A DNA stretch of 63,655 nt, the filler included, from Craspedostauros australis (Eukaryota): the NCBI GenBank assembly GCA_030167865.1. It is 12 parts of 12 records of this genome, joined end to end, with 100 filler letters (N's around TTAATTAATTAA, not from the genome) between each part and the next. Parts side by side here need not be neighbours in the genome. Positions count along the whole stretch, not along the records: positions 1 to 7,893 come from JALAGF010004119.1; positions 7,994 to 19,452 come from JALAGF010004121.1; 10 more parts are not named here. The stretch is one strand, 5' to 3'. The notes under the pieces were generated by a model. That model had not been told where the DNA came from, searched no databases, and was given only the letters and a program-made list of their open reading frames with translations. The position numbers were made by a program, and so were the translations under genes. This document shows positions 1 through 12,190 of the stretch, piece after piece (the first letter of the stretch is position 1; every line of letters begins with the position of its first letter).

Positions 1-193
1 TGACCTTGCAACACGAAGCGACGTTGAGCAGATTGCAGCAAACCATACTATAATTGGAGTCCACTGAACAATAGTACAGTAACGACTGATTGACGTCAAC
101 GATGGATGTTAAGCACTTGACAGCTGCGAAAGGAGACTACTTTGACAGATGGTTGGGTGGTTCGTTCTTGTTCATTTTACAGCCATGCTCTCA

Positions 194-1953
194 TCAAACA
201 AGAGTGGTCAAGTAGTTGGCAATATCAGTCTGACCCAGCAGTTTCGCAATGCCCAGCGCAGTCAAGCCACTGTTAGTCTTGATGCTGATGTCTACGTTGC
301 ACGATTCCACCAAATACGTCACGACCTCCACTTTACCACGCCAACTTGCCCACCCAAGTGCTGTGATGCCATACTTGTTTTGAATGTCGATTTCTGCGTT
401 GCACAATTCCACCAAATACTTCACGACTTCCAATCTGCCATGCATGCTTGCAAGGTGCAATGCAGTGCTGCCATAATTGCTGGTTTTGATGTTGATATCG
501 ACCTTGCCTTGTTCAACCAACGACTTCACAACGTCGAAATGGCCATCAGCGCTGGCGCGATGGAGGATGGTCTCGCTATTCCTGTCTTTCACGTTCAAAT
601 CAACATTGGGTGCTGCAACCAGATACTTGACAATGTCGAAGTGATTGGTGTGATATGCCTCGTAGAGCGGAGTCTTACGGTTGTCGTTCTCGGCGTTGAT
701 GTTGGCCTTACCGGATTCAACCAGCCACTTCACAACATCGAGATGGCCATCGCCACTTGCAAGATGGAGCACGGTGTTGCCATCCTCGTGTCGGGAGTTG
801 GGATGTATGCTTGGTGTTCCGATGAGATACTCGACAACATCGAAGTGGCTGTGGCAATATGCCTTGTAGAGTGGAGTCTCGCACTCACGATTCTTAGCAT
901 TGATGTTGGCTTCGCTTGATTCCAACAAATGCTTCACCAAATTCAGATGACCTCCAGCACTTGCGCAGTGAAGCAAAGTATCGCCATTCTCGTCTTTAGC
1001 ATTGATGTCCACCTGACCTGACTCCACCAACCATCTCACAACATCCAGATGACGTTTGGAATATGCAGACTGGAGAGCCGTGCCGCCAGCATCATTCTCA
1101 ACATGAACATCTGCCTTGCACGACTTCACCAGGTACTCTGCAACATCCAAATGGCCATTTCTGTAAGCAACATGAAGCGCGGTATCGCCGTCATCGTTTT
1201 GGATGTCGATGGCCACAGCACGAGTCTCCATCACATACTTCAAGATATCAAGATGACCCTTCAGACATGTATTGTGGATCGCAGTATTGCCGAATTCATC
1301 TTGCACATTGATTTCCACTCCATGTGATCCAACGAGGTACTCCACAACATCCAAACGCCCATGAAGACACGCGGCATGGAGGGCATTCTCACCTTTCTCA
1401 TCTTGCACGAGAGCGCTTGCAGAATATGACTCGATCAGAGTCTTCACGATGGCCACATGCCCCTCGGTGCATGCGTCGTGGAGTGCCGCCTTGCCGGAGT
1501 TATCCTGGAGGTTGACATCTGCAGCATGCGACCCGGCCAGGTATTCCACAACCTCGACGTTGCCCTGTGCGCATGCATAGTGTAGCGCAGTCTCTCCATC
1601 CATGGATTGGGCATTGATGTTTGCTCCGCATGACTCCATCAACTGTTTGATCATTTCAGGCTGACCGCTGGAGCATGCGAGGTGAGCGAAGTCTTGTCAC
1701 GATGATCCTTGATCGTGTCGATGGAGGTTTGTGCAAATTCCATCTTCCACGCAGTGAGGATGTCCACATCTCCTCGTTCTGCGGCGCGCAGGAGATCCTG
1801 GTCGGTGACGGTTGAAGGGGACGAATCACCAGGGGTCGACTTGAATGGAAGGAGAGACGGTGAGGCCGTGGATAGTGATGTCCGGACTTGATGGTTGTGG
1901 TTGCGCATTGGTGAGGCGAACAGCACAGCGAGTGGGGGGAGGATGAAGACCAT
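194..1953 (-). pseudogene. Ankyrin-repeat protein (about 14 repeats of ~34 aa) split by a 1-nt frameshift near 1684
   Basis: ORF 194..1654 has repeated G-x-TALH-x-AC-x-x-GHLDVV-x-YL-x-ES units. Upstream ORF 1651..1953 has an ANK cap (DLLRAAERGDVDIL). Adding one C at ~1684 joins them as DKTSL-HLACSSGQPEMIKQLMESCGA, a normal ANK repeat. Could be an assembly error rather than a true pseudogene. Confidence 0.85.
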
Positions 1954-3650
1954 GATGGGGCTGGTGTGTGTCGAGATGGAATGGCTTGTTGCTGAGATCA
2001 GATCGATGCGACGGGCTTTTTCGATGTGATTGAATGATTGTTTGGCTGATCGTGGTCGCTTGATCGCATCTGTTTGCTTCTTATGAAGCGATCGTGCTCT
2101 GCTTCATGGTCATTGGTGGCGGTGTCCCGTGCTCCGTTTCACCCAACGTGCATGGCATTCTGTTGATTGTTGTTTCACGATGTTTGTCATTTCACATTGT
2201 TACCGCGATGTCGCTGTGACCACCCGCTCAACTTTGGCATCAACGTGAACATCAGCTTGAACATTGTCTTGAACGTGATCGTGGCCAGCCACAGAAGGAG
2301 AAAGTTGATCGTGGGCGCAGGCGTCGGATGTCATCATTGCACGTATCATCATTCTCGGAATGTGGAGACGTCCGAGGATCATGTGAGCGTGGAATCACGC
2401 AAAGCAACGGAGTCAACGCGGGGGTGGGATGCTCCTCGCCATCCACAGCCGGATGTTCTGTTGCCATCCTTGTTGTTCTTTTTGTTGGTGCCAAGAGCGA
2501 ACACGAACGCCAACGCCGCGCCAAAAAAGAGTCGACCGAGTCAAAGTTCATTGTTCTTGATGACGTACTTGAATTTGTTGTGGTTGAGCAACTGTGCAGT
2601 CGTCCACGATGACACGCATGAACACTCACACACAAGCACCATCATCACTTCTGTTCAATCGCAACTCCGTTCGACAACCGCGATGATGGTGAACCTCCCC
2701 AACGATCAGAAATGATACCCCACGTGAGGCTTGCAAAGCAAAGCAATGAGACAAGACGAGGAAGTGCAGTGTCATGATGGAAAAGCAGAGGACGAACACA
2801 AATACCTCTTTATCATCCTGCTCTTGGTCGCTCCGCTCCGCATCGCATCGCATCCCTTCACACCATGAACACAAGTAGTGGGACAACATGATGAGGCATC
2901 AACGTCCAAGAAGAATTGCGTGAAGGCATTCCACTTTCTCCGCGACTACACTCCGAGCATGGAACCTTCCATGAGTAGTTGCCGCAGCAAAGCATCCGCC
3001 TGATACTCTGATTGAAATTCCGTACGATCCTAACGATTGGAGTTGCATGAAGCGTGCGGCGTCGGACCACCGATCGCGTGCGCTGCTATCGGAAGGCACA
3101 CACACACACACATCGCGCTGGTATCACGCAGACATCGCAAACTTGACATCAAGCAGTGCAGCGACAGACTTGAAGGATCGCAGCATCCTGGACGTCGGCA
3201 TCAAGACGGCAACGTGGCTGAACCATTGCTGGCGATGACATACGACGCAGCGCTTCGCAGCATCAATTGTATCCACCAATCGGAACAACGGAAGCGGCGA
3301 GAACTGAGCCGGCACCAACGAAGTTGATGCCAGTGCCGATGGCAGGCTGGGAATCCGGTGGGATCAAGAAGAGTTTGACGTGGCAAGTACGCTAGCGGCG
3401 TTTTGAGATGGCCGGCAGAAGAGCGAGATGATACTGCAGTAGCTACTTCTGTATACGTACCATTGCAGTCGCGGCGGGACTTCCATCCATTTCTCCATTC
3501 GCTGTATCCGTTGCTCCTCTGCGCACGGACTGGCCCAATGTGCTGCAAACGAGCATGGAGAGAGCACTTGAAGTGTAGAATAGAGCATAATGGGGGATCT
3601 GACGATCGGTAGTAGTATAGATGGCATGGCATGTCAAAGAGAGTAAATGA

Positions 3651-3823
3651 TTATCTACCGTTACCATTTCGTCGCTGTTTTGGCCTGTGCCTCTGCCGAT
3701 CTCTTTTCGCGGAGGCATGATCGGACATCCTCGACTCAAGTAGCGCCAACATCCTCTTGCCACAGCCTTTCTCCCGCGCGCACTCCAATGCCGTATTGCC
3801 AGCCTTGTTCCGCGCATGAATAT
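3651..3823 (-). pseudogene. Displaced 3' end of the ankyrin gene at 5923..7443
   Basis: Removing 3824..5947 plus one ATAT gives in-frame DDIDIHARNKAGNTALECAREKGCGKRMLALLESR...NGR* with the stop at 3651-3653. This completes a final ANK repeat. Confidence 0.85.
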
Positions 3824-5947
3824 CCATAGTGATTTTTTTCTGCGTCAGGACGCAAAACAGCCACTTTTTGCAAGCTGACGCAAGCTAAGAATGTAGCACT
3901 GTTTGTGTTTGCGTCAGGACGCATCCAAGAAATACCGTGGCAATTTAACACGAAGAGTAGTCGTGATAGACTCGCCCGATCGATGCGAAAAAGATAGCTC
4001 CCCAAATGCCACCTCTGTTGACTGTGCTTCTTTGGACATCGAAGGCCTCCCACGCGTTTTCTTCGTGTTGTTTTCTTCGTGTTGTTTTCTTCATTGGGCA
4101 GATATCTGTCGTCTCTGCCCAAGGTACCAGTGAATAGTGATTGATAAATAGATACTCTCACTTATGATAGACCTCATTACACATATTACCCTCTGCCTAT
4201 TGACTGCACTTTTGTTTGTGTTGAGGAGTACAGTGGCATGCATTTCCATGAGTGGGTCCATCAGCTCCGTCGTGCAATTTTCATTCCTGTTGCAAATCAT
4301 CTGCTGCTCTTCTTGGCTTGATCGGTAGCAACCATGATTGCACCTGCACCCCTCATAAGGAATCTGTGTTCAGATTTCCTGCCATCCGTACAGCCGCAAC
4401 AGTCGCCGGGTTCACTCGGTAAACATTCATCTGTATTGGTAGCTCCATCAGACATGTTCTCGTCTGTCTTGCAAGCGCAAACCTCAATCTCCTTCCATTT
4501 CCCAGACCTATTCTTGCACTTGCTGGATTCAGACAACCACCATCCATGAGCCTCTGCTGAAACAATGTGAGGGTGAGGTTTACAATGGTCCTATGTGAAG
4601 TACACTTGCTCTCTTTTGTGTGGCATTCCGACTTTGGCGTGGTAGATGATGTTCCTATCGTGCATCCCTCCATCATAAAGTCAAATAGGTGTCTTCTCAT
4701 GTATCGGTCTTTGCATGATTGGACTGACGAATCACATGGCGATGGCACTCTCAATTGCAACTTGTCCGTCCACAACTTGATGAATCTGATCATTCATGTT
4801 GGTATCCATCCTCCTGCGAATGAAAGCACCAACTGAACAATGAAATGAAACAGACACTTGGCCATGTGCATTACATGAAGGAAAGGAAAACATATGCTGG
4901 CGTGAATGTATCCAACATCTATGAAAGCAATAGTCTACAGTGATCTGATACAATGCCATGGTGTGTCATTCCGTCCTCCTCGCTCGGTACACCTCCTCCA
5001 TTATCCCTAAATTGGGAGTGTCGACATGGCTGAGATTGCAGACGGAGATATCGCCAGACAGATGGGCATCCGAATCCCTCAGAGAATGAAGCAGCTTGGA
5101 ATGCGGTATCATGTTTACGTCAGTCATTATTGAACTGTTGATACTGATACCATTCGAGCCAATCCTACGATGGTTGGGTCATCATGATGCAACATCCAAT
5201 GTCAACAACTCAGCTGAGGAGTACAACAAGCACATTCAACTCACATGCAGATTGGCACTCTCGTGTATGTCCTGAAAGGGACTGCCATGTGTACAAATGC
5301 TGACGCTCAACATACATTCGAATAACAGTGAAGATACCTATTGCATATAGGAGCACAACTTTGTTGTTGTTGGCGATCAAGGCACATGGGCAGCCACTGA
5401 AGATATGAATATGGCAGTGGTTATATTCATAGTAACTGGGGCAACCACGCGGCGACAAGAGGAGGGAGCTGAGAGGATCGCACGTTCGACCAACATCGAA
5501 GAAAGGAAAGGAATCAGCTGGACATTGCAGCCACCGGATACCTATAGGTTTCAAATACAGATTGAAGATTGTTCCTTGGCAGTTATATTGCACTAAAGAG
5601 TTGGAAGAGGCAACTTCCTACTCGTTATCACTCTCCAAACAACAGCAAGCAAAAGTATAGTGCCTGGGATAGAAAGCACACAAGAGCACGCGATTTTGTG
5701 CGGAGCAACAAACAACACGAAGAATCGGGTGGTGGCATGAGAACCCAAAACAACACGAAGAAACACGCGATGTGGGGAGGGTCTTGTTTGCCATTTAGTC
5801 GGACGAGTCTATCACGATTAAACGTCGCGACAAATCGTCGCGTTATTTTTCGTTTGCGTCAGGACGCAACAGTTCACGCACACCGCTAGTAAAATTTTGC
5901 GTCCTGACGCAAGGGGGGTCCTCTATCGTGGGGAAAAATCACTATGG
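3824..5947. mobile_element. Non-autonomous TIR DNA transposon (2124 bp) with ATAT target-site duplication
   Basis: 14-bp TIRs CCATAGTGATTTTT (3824) / AAAAATCACTATGG (ends 5947). ATAT at 3820-3823 and 5948-5951. Subterminal TGCGTCAGGACGCA at 3841, 3910, 5855 and inverted at 5898. A second inverted pair lies at 3958-3979 / 5799-5820 (20/22 match). No long intact ORF inside. Confidence 0.9.
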
Positions 5948-7443
5948 ATATCGATATCATCCAACGTCATCAGATACTCGACCAGCCCCAAGCAATTCTT
6001 TTCCACCGCACAGTGCAGCACTGTTTCTCGATAATTGTTCCTCGTGTTCACGTCCACCTTTACATCGCTCAATTGAATCAAGATCTTCATCTTTCGCAGG
6101 CGGTATTTGTAGTAGTCGGAGTCGGTACTGGGAATGCAGTGCAGAGCTGTGTCGCCATCGCTATTCACAAGCGTTGCATCTACCGAGTCACACCCCACCA
6201 AAACTCGAAGAACGATTGTACTGCTCTTCCAACTCGCACATGCAAGATGAAGAAGTGTGTTGCCCTCATGATTCTGGATGTTTGCAATTGGTTGAGCCTC
6301 TTCTATCAATCGCTTGATGATGACCGGACTTCCCATGGAGTTGTCTGCTTGTGAGAGATCGGTAAGGTTGGCGGTGGGAATGATTTGATATTGGATGAAA
6401 TCGAAGAGGCGGGTGAGTCTGGTGAGTCCGGTGGTGTCATTGAGCACAACGAACAAGCCTCTCTTGAAGGCAATATGGAAGGGTGTATCACCATCGCGGT
6501 TTTGGATGATGAGACTGCTGTTGGTCTTGAGTGACCGGAGCAGGTATTCGATGACATCTTCTTCCCGATGCTTGCATGCAACATGGAGAGGTGTGTTGCC
6601 GTCACTGTTTTGAATCTTGAGGATTTCATCGATATTCATGTTGTCTTTGTTGCTGTTGTCGCCGTTATTGTTATTGTTATTGTTATTGTTGGGTAGACCG
6701 ACTTCGATCAACAACTTCAACGAAGATAGCATTCCACGGTGCCTGTGAGAGCAAAGAAGATGAAATGGTGTGTCGCCATCGTTGTTTTGGGTACGGATAT
6801 GACTGTCTGTGTCGATTTCGTCACACTGGACCAGATACGCAATCATATCCTCAGCATCAGAGCAGATCATGCGACAAGCCAGGTGGAGAAGTGTGTCACC
6901 GTTGTTGTTGCGGACGTTGGAATTTATGGCAGCGCCGACATCATTCGATTCCATCTGATATCGAAGATCGCTGCTCACCCTCCGACACGCCCAATGCGGA
7001 GGCGTCTCACCTTTGGTGTTTCGGGGGTTGATATCCACGTTGTTTCGATCAGACCGCATGAAGTATTCGACGATATCTTTGTGTCCATGATAGCACGCAC
7101 TTTGCATTGGAGTGTTGCTGTGGTTGTCTCGAATGTTGATATCCACGTGGGCGCGAGCCAATTCCATCAGGTACTTCACGATGTTCGTTTTTCCATGATG
7201 ACAAGCACGATGGAGTGCTGTCCGTCCGCTGTCATCTCGGAGGTTGACGTCCACCTTGATTCGATCAGACTCCAACAAGTACGTCACAATTGCTGTGTAT
7301 CCATGAGCGCAAGCAACGTGGAGTGGCGATGTACTCAACCGCCGAAGCATTACAATGCCGCAAAACGTGCCCTCCTCGCATGAATTGACGATAGCCTGAA
7401 CCTGTGTGAGGTTGTTCTGATCGCATGCTCTGCACAACTGCAA
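5923..7443 (-). CDS. Ankyrin-repeat protein, C-terminus truncated by transposon insertion; start uncertain
   Basis: Multiple SPLHVAC/TALHRAC/GDTLLHLAC/GNTPLHVAC repeats and a poly-Asn insert. The last residues (HSDFSPR*) are encoded by the transposon end. The ORF starts at TTG; the nearest ATG (7478) is one base out of frame. Confidence 0.85.
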   Translation of the reverse strand: MQLCRACDQNNLTQVQAIVNSCEEGTFCGIVMLRRLSTSPLHVACAHGYTAIVTYLLESDRIKVDVNLRDDSGRTALHRACHHGKTNIVKYLMELARAHVDINIRDNHSNTPMQSACYHGHKDIVEYFMRSDRNNVDINPRNTKGETPPHWACRRVSSDLRYQMESNDVGAAINSNVRNNNGDTLLHLACRMICSDAEDMIAYLVQCDEIDTDSHIRTQNNDGDTPFHLLCSHRHRGMLSSLKLLIEVGLPNNNNNNNNNGDNSNKDNMNIDEILKIQNSDGNTPLHVACKHREEDVIEYLLRSLKTNSSLIIQNRDGDTPFHIAFKRGLFVVLNDTTGLTRLTRLFDFIQYQIIPTANLTDLSQADNSMGSPVIIKRLIEEAQPIANIQNHEGNTLLHLACASWKSSTIVLRVLVGCDSVDATLVNSDGDTALHCIPSTDSDYYKYRLRKMKILIQLSDVKVDVNTRNNYRETVLHCAVEKNCLGLVEYLMTLDDIDIHSDFSPR

Positions 7444-7893
7444 AAGCCATTTTTTCTTTGCCTCATCACTGTTTCCATTTTATATTCGGGTTCCATGCGC
7501 ATTTCATTTCCGGCATAACATTTGTCCCAACAGATACAATCCGGATTCGATGGATGAGAAGACAAGAAGCACGAATGTGAGTGTAACTCTAATAGAAGAC
7601 TGATGTTGTCGACAAGCTACGATCATGGGTGTACGTCGCTGTGTCACATCACACACAAGCACACGCAGATGCACGATGATACTCAAGTACGACGGAGGCG
7701 AGCAAAGGAAACGAGCGCAAACTCGAAGGTGGAACTGGACAGCATTCGCATACCCAGGCAGGCGCAAGCGCAAGCGCAAGCAGACACAAGCATCAGAGCA
7801 CATGTGGACACAAGCAATCAACTCACCTGGATGATCGATCGTTGGCGGAGCTCATGCTTGTACCAGTGCTTTTGCTGAACCTCGAATGGACAG

Positions 7894-7993
7894 NNNNNNN
7901 NNNNNNNNNNNNNNNNNNNNNNNNNNNNNNNNNNNNNTTAATTAATTAANNNNNNNNNNNNNNNNNNNNNNNNNNNNNNNNNNNNNNNNNNNN
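7894..7993. other. Artificial contig linker (six-frame stop); others at 19453, 25923, 27499, 29124, 32552, 36329, 40468, 51107, 55176, 60547 (each 100 nt)
   Basis: The same 44N-TTAATTAATTAA-44N structure occurs 11 times, and ORFs are cut abruptly at these points. Confidence 0.98.
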
Positions 7994-10029
7994 TGGATGG
8001 ACTCGCGGATCTTCGTCACACCACGGAAGCCAAACGAAAGGTTCGAGATACCTCCGCTGATCTTCACGTATGGACATTGCTCCTTGATCACCTTCGTGGC
8101 GTTGATGAAATCAACGCCGTAGTTCGAGTGCTCCTCCATTCCTGTTCCGATCGTCAACACGTTCGGATCGAAGATGATGTCTTCAGGTGGGAAGCGGACC
8201 TTGTTCACCAGGATGTCATACGAACGCTTGCAGATGCGGATCTTCTCATCCGCAGTGGCGGCCTGACCTTCCTCATCGAAGGCCATCACCACCACTGCTG
8301 CTCCGTGCTTGCGCAGCAGAGTCGCATGCTCCATGAACAGCTCTTCTCCGACCTTCAGGGAGATGGAGTTCACGATGGGCTTGCCCTGGCACCACTTCAG
8401 TCCGGCCATCACGATCTCGAACTTCGATGCGTCGAGCATGAATGGAACCTTCGACACTTCTGGCTCGGTGATGGCGATCTTCACGAACTTCTGCATGGCA
8501 GCGAGTCCATCGAGCATACCATCATCGACGTTGATGTCGATCACGTGGGCTCCATCTTCGACCTGATGCTTGGCGATGTCCATGGCGGTTGCGTAGTCGC
8601 CAGCCATCATCAGCTTCTTGAATCGGATCGATCCAGCGATGTTGCATCGCTCTCCGACGTTCAGGAATGGAAGACCGAGGTGGTTGTGGACGTCATCCAC
8701 CACAAGATCCTCAAGACCAGACAGCCACATCTTGGGGCGTCCCACATCTGGGAGCTTGCGGGGCTTGTAGCTCTCGGATGCCTCGCGGATGGCCTTGATG
8801 TGTTCTGGTGTGGATCCGCAGCATCCTCCCACCATGTTCAGCCATCCGTTCTCGAAGAACACACGGTTTCCTTCGGCCATATCGGATGGGGTCTCATCGT
8901 ATCCTCCCATGGCATTTGGAAGACCAGCATTCGAGTACACGTGCATGAAGCACTCCACACACTTGGCCAGTCTCTCCACGAATGGGACCATGTGCTCGGC
9001 ACCCAAGGCACAGTTCAAACCAACGCACATGGGCTTGCTGTGGCGGATGGATGCGTAAAACGCCTCTCCGGTCTGTCCGGACAGGGTACGGCCAGATTGA
9101 TCGACGAGGGTTCCAGAGACGAACAGCGGCATGTCGATGCCAGTGATCTCGAGGAACTCTCCCACGGCGTAGACGGCTGCCTTGGCGTTGAGGGTATCGA
9201 AGATGGTCTCGACCATCAGGATGTCACAACCTCCATCGACCAATCCCACGATCTGTTCGAAGTACGCTTCCACAAGCTCGTCGAAGTCGACGTTGCGAAC
9301 GGATGGATCCTCAACGGATGGCGAGATGGATCCTGTGCGGTTGGTCGGTCCCATGGCTCCCACCACGAAGCGTGGCTTGGTTGGGTCCTTGGCTGTGACT
9401 TCGTCACACACCTCACGAGCGAGACGGGCGGACTCGTAGTTGAGCTCGTATGCGTATGCCTCCATCTCGTAGTCAGCTTGGGCGATGGTGGTGGATGAGA
9501 AGGTGTTGGTTCCGATCAGGTCGGATCCTCCCACCTCGAGGTACTGCTTGTAGATGCCCTGGATGACGTCTGGACGGGTGATGCTGAGCATGTCGTTGTT
9601 TCCCTTGACGTTGCATGGCCAGTTGGGGAAGCGATCACCTCTGTACTCCTCTTCTTCGAGACGGTTGCGCTTGGAGAAGTTCTGGATCATGGTTCCCATT
9701 CCACCATCGTAGAGAGAGATGCGGCTGTTGAAGAGCTTGGTGATGTACTCGCGGAGACTGTCACGTCCACGCACGAAGTACGGGAACTCGGTTGGGTAGA
9801 GGTCGGGATCCTGTGTGTAGTCGAAGTTGATGTCCTTGTTAGGGTTGGTGGCCTTGGCGCGGATGGCCGCGATGGTTTCGTGGGTGAAGGTGGAGTTGGT
9901 GTATGGGTTGGGGACGTGGTTGCGGGCCACATCGGACACCGGTGTGGGTGGTTCGACGGCCGGCTTGGATGGGATCGCATCGTATGCGAACTGCTTCCTC
10001 GGGTGCAGCTTCTTCGGTGGGTCAACCAT
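7994..10029 (-). CDS. METH: Cobalamin-dependent methionine synthase, N-terminal half (Hcy-binding and pterin-binding domains), truncated at contig end
   Basis: DGGMGTMIQ, KGNNDMLSITRPD, GPTNRTGSISP, ETIFDTLNAKAA, GLNCALG, NAGLPNAMGGYD, GGCCGSTPEHI, VGERCNIAGS, NSISLKVGE, DIIFDPNVLT, SGGISNLSFGFRG. ATG at 10029. Confidence 0.97.
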
Positions 10030-11230
10030 CTTCACAATCGCCTTCTCCGTGGTTCGATCTTTCGCTTCTTTCCGTCGTTTGATGTTGTTGGCCCCTCTGC
10101 TTGAAAGAGACTGTTGCTACTACTGTTGATGCACTGCACTGCACTCGACTGGTACGGCTATTGCTATTCTTATTGCTGGTGATGCCGCTGATGTTGATGT
10201 TGAATGGGCTCGCTGTCCTGGTTCAGGTTGTCACTGTGCAAGACGCGATCGCGAGACAAGTATAGTATGTACACTGCTAGTACTACTATGGGCACGAGGA
10301 TGAGTATGGGACCGTTCCGGTGGGAGGTGGTCTGATTCGGGAGTGGAAGCAAGCGCAAGTAAGTGTCAGGAAGGACTGGTGGAGTGTCGTCCTATCTCGC
10401 ACTCACTTTTTGAGATGAGATGAAGTGGAGGAATGGCAGAAAGGAGTGTCGCCATACGTCCGTTGTGTTGCTCCTGTCTTTCTCTTCGTTGGTCTTCCTG
10501 GTTGTACTCCCCTCATGCGCGTACCCCAGAGAGTGGTTTCTGCTGTCAGTTCGTTCGGTCGATGGGTCGGTGGATCGACAGATTCTCTGCCCCGCGTTTC
10601 GTTCCATCGCGTCGCTGGTTGGTTGGAGGACGGAGGCGCGACATCAGCAACGAACCGATCCAAAAAATGCTTGACACAAAATGGCGGTGAACGCAATGAT
10701 GGACAGACGATGCACATCTCTTTCTTCGTGGTGACGTGTTGGACCGCACGTTCCACTGATTTCCAAGATTAACGAACAACGAAGAAGTGTTCGCGAACAG
10801 CACGTTCAGTGTTCCTCGACAGTACCAGGTTTTCTTTGGAATTTCGTTTTGCATGTTTCAATTGATACTATGTATATAGTATATCTGTACCAATCCTGAT
10901 TCTTCATTTGTTGTCGCAATATGTACTAATTTTATATTATGCCGCGAACCCATTCAATCCCCACAAGGTCAGTCAATCACGAATGACGTGATGATGATGG
11001 TGTCACATTTCTCGTGTTCCTTTGGGCAGCAATCATGCTTCTCGTTCTTGTTCTGTGGTTCTGGCGCCAATGCACCACGTTTGTTCTTTTCCACACATCG
11101 TCGTTCTTCTCGCAAATACCTGCGCTCGAAAAGACCACAATGAACATCATTTGTCAAGAGATCGCACGCGCAATCTCCCAACCCATCACCAATTGCAGCC
11201 CACCATAACAACCATCTCCGCAACAAGATC

Positions 11231-12190
11231 ATGTACTCGAGAGTCGCCAAAGCATGCACAACAGGGTCTCTTCCGGCTCTGCTCTGCGGGTCCATCGGCT
11301 TTGTCTATTACAACGGTCTCGCCAAGCAATCGCACCGCCAGACGCAGCATCTCCAACTGCCGACGCAATGCGAGACCAGGATACAGCCAAGCCCCGGCAT
11401 TGGCGATGAAGCGCTGCGCCTACACGGCCTTGAGACGATCCGTTCCGATACAATGGCAACGCCCGCGGCTGCTCCTGTCGCTCCCATCCCCACACCAACG
11501 GAAAGCGCACTGGGTCGATTCAACTTCGTCGCGGATGCCGCGGAGAAGGTGCTGCCGTCGGTCGTCCGCGTCGAGGTGAAGGCCGGTCCCGGGGGCAGGT
11601 TACGCGGGTCAGGATCCGGTTTCGTCGTGGATGCTGGTGACGTGAAGCCTGGGTCGACTGGCGTCTACATTCTCACCAATGCGCACTGCGTGCTCACGCC
11701 AGAAGAATTCCATCGCAACGAAGTAATCGAAGACGGTCGACAAGTCTTTCTGGAGATGAAGGGCAGCCAGCAGATTCGCGGTTGGATGGTGGCATTTGAC
11801 GTTGAGAAGGATGTGGCATGTATCGAACCCTTCGATCAAGGTCACCTGATGGCATCGTCGCTTGTGGATGGGCGCGTGCGCCATGGTGAATTCGTGCTGG
11901 CAGTGGGTGCGCCGTTGAGCCTGGAAAGCTCGGTGACGGTCGGCATCGTCTCCAATCCGGATAGAAATGTAGGCGTGCATCGCTACATCCAAACGGACGC
12001 CGCTGTCCACATTGGCAATTCTGGCGGGCCGCTCGCAAACATACACGGACAAATCATTGGCATCAACTCCATCAAGGTAGCCGAAGGCATAACGTATGCA
12101 ATTCCGATTCACGAAGCGATCGAGACCATCCGGAAGTCCATGAGGAATCAAACGAATGGCTCTGCATCGCTAAGCATCCCTCAGCCATAA
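11231..12190 (+). CDS. HtrA/DegP-family trypsin-like serine protease without a PDZ domain
   Basis: GSGSGFVV, ILTNAHCV (His), KDVA (Asp), IQTDAAVHIGNSGGPL (Ser), IIGINSIK, YAIP. The ORF stops shortly after the protease domain. Confidence 0.92.
   Translation: MYSRVAKACTTGSLPALLCGSIGFVYYNGLAKQSHRQTQHLQLPTQCETRIQPSPGIGDEALRLHGLETIRSDTMATPAAAPVAPIPTPTESALGRFNFVADAAEKVLPSVVRVEVKAGPGGRLRGSGSGFVVDAGDVKPGSTGVYILTNAHCVLTPEEFHRNEVIEDGRQVFLEMKGSQQIRGWMVAFDVEKDVACIEPFDQGHLMASSLVDGRVRHGEFVLAVGAPLSLESSVTVGIVSNPDRNVGVHRYIQTDAAVHIGNSGGPLANIHGQIIGINSIKVAEGITYAIPIHEAIETIRKSMRNQTNGSASLSIPQP

Noticed and set aside
3037..3327. Possible ankyrin remnant (ELHEACGVG...RKLDI...DGNVA)
   Set aside because: Similarity too short and weak to support.
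7894..7993. Recurrent palindrome TTAATTAATTAA as a biological motif
   Set aside because: Always centred in exactly 88 Ns; it is a synthetic six-frame stop linker.
8077..9498. Long antisense ORFs (also 149..919, 6739..7383, 49350..50276, 51651..52370)
   Set aside because: Shadows of real genes on the opposite strand caused by codon bias; no independent motifs.
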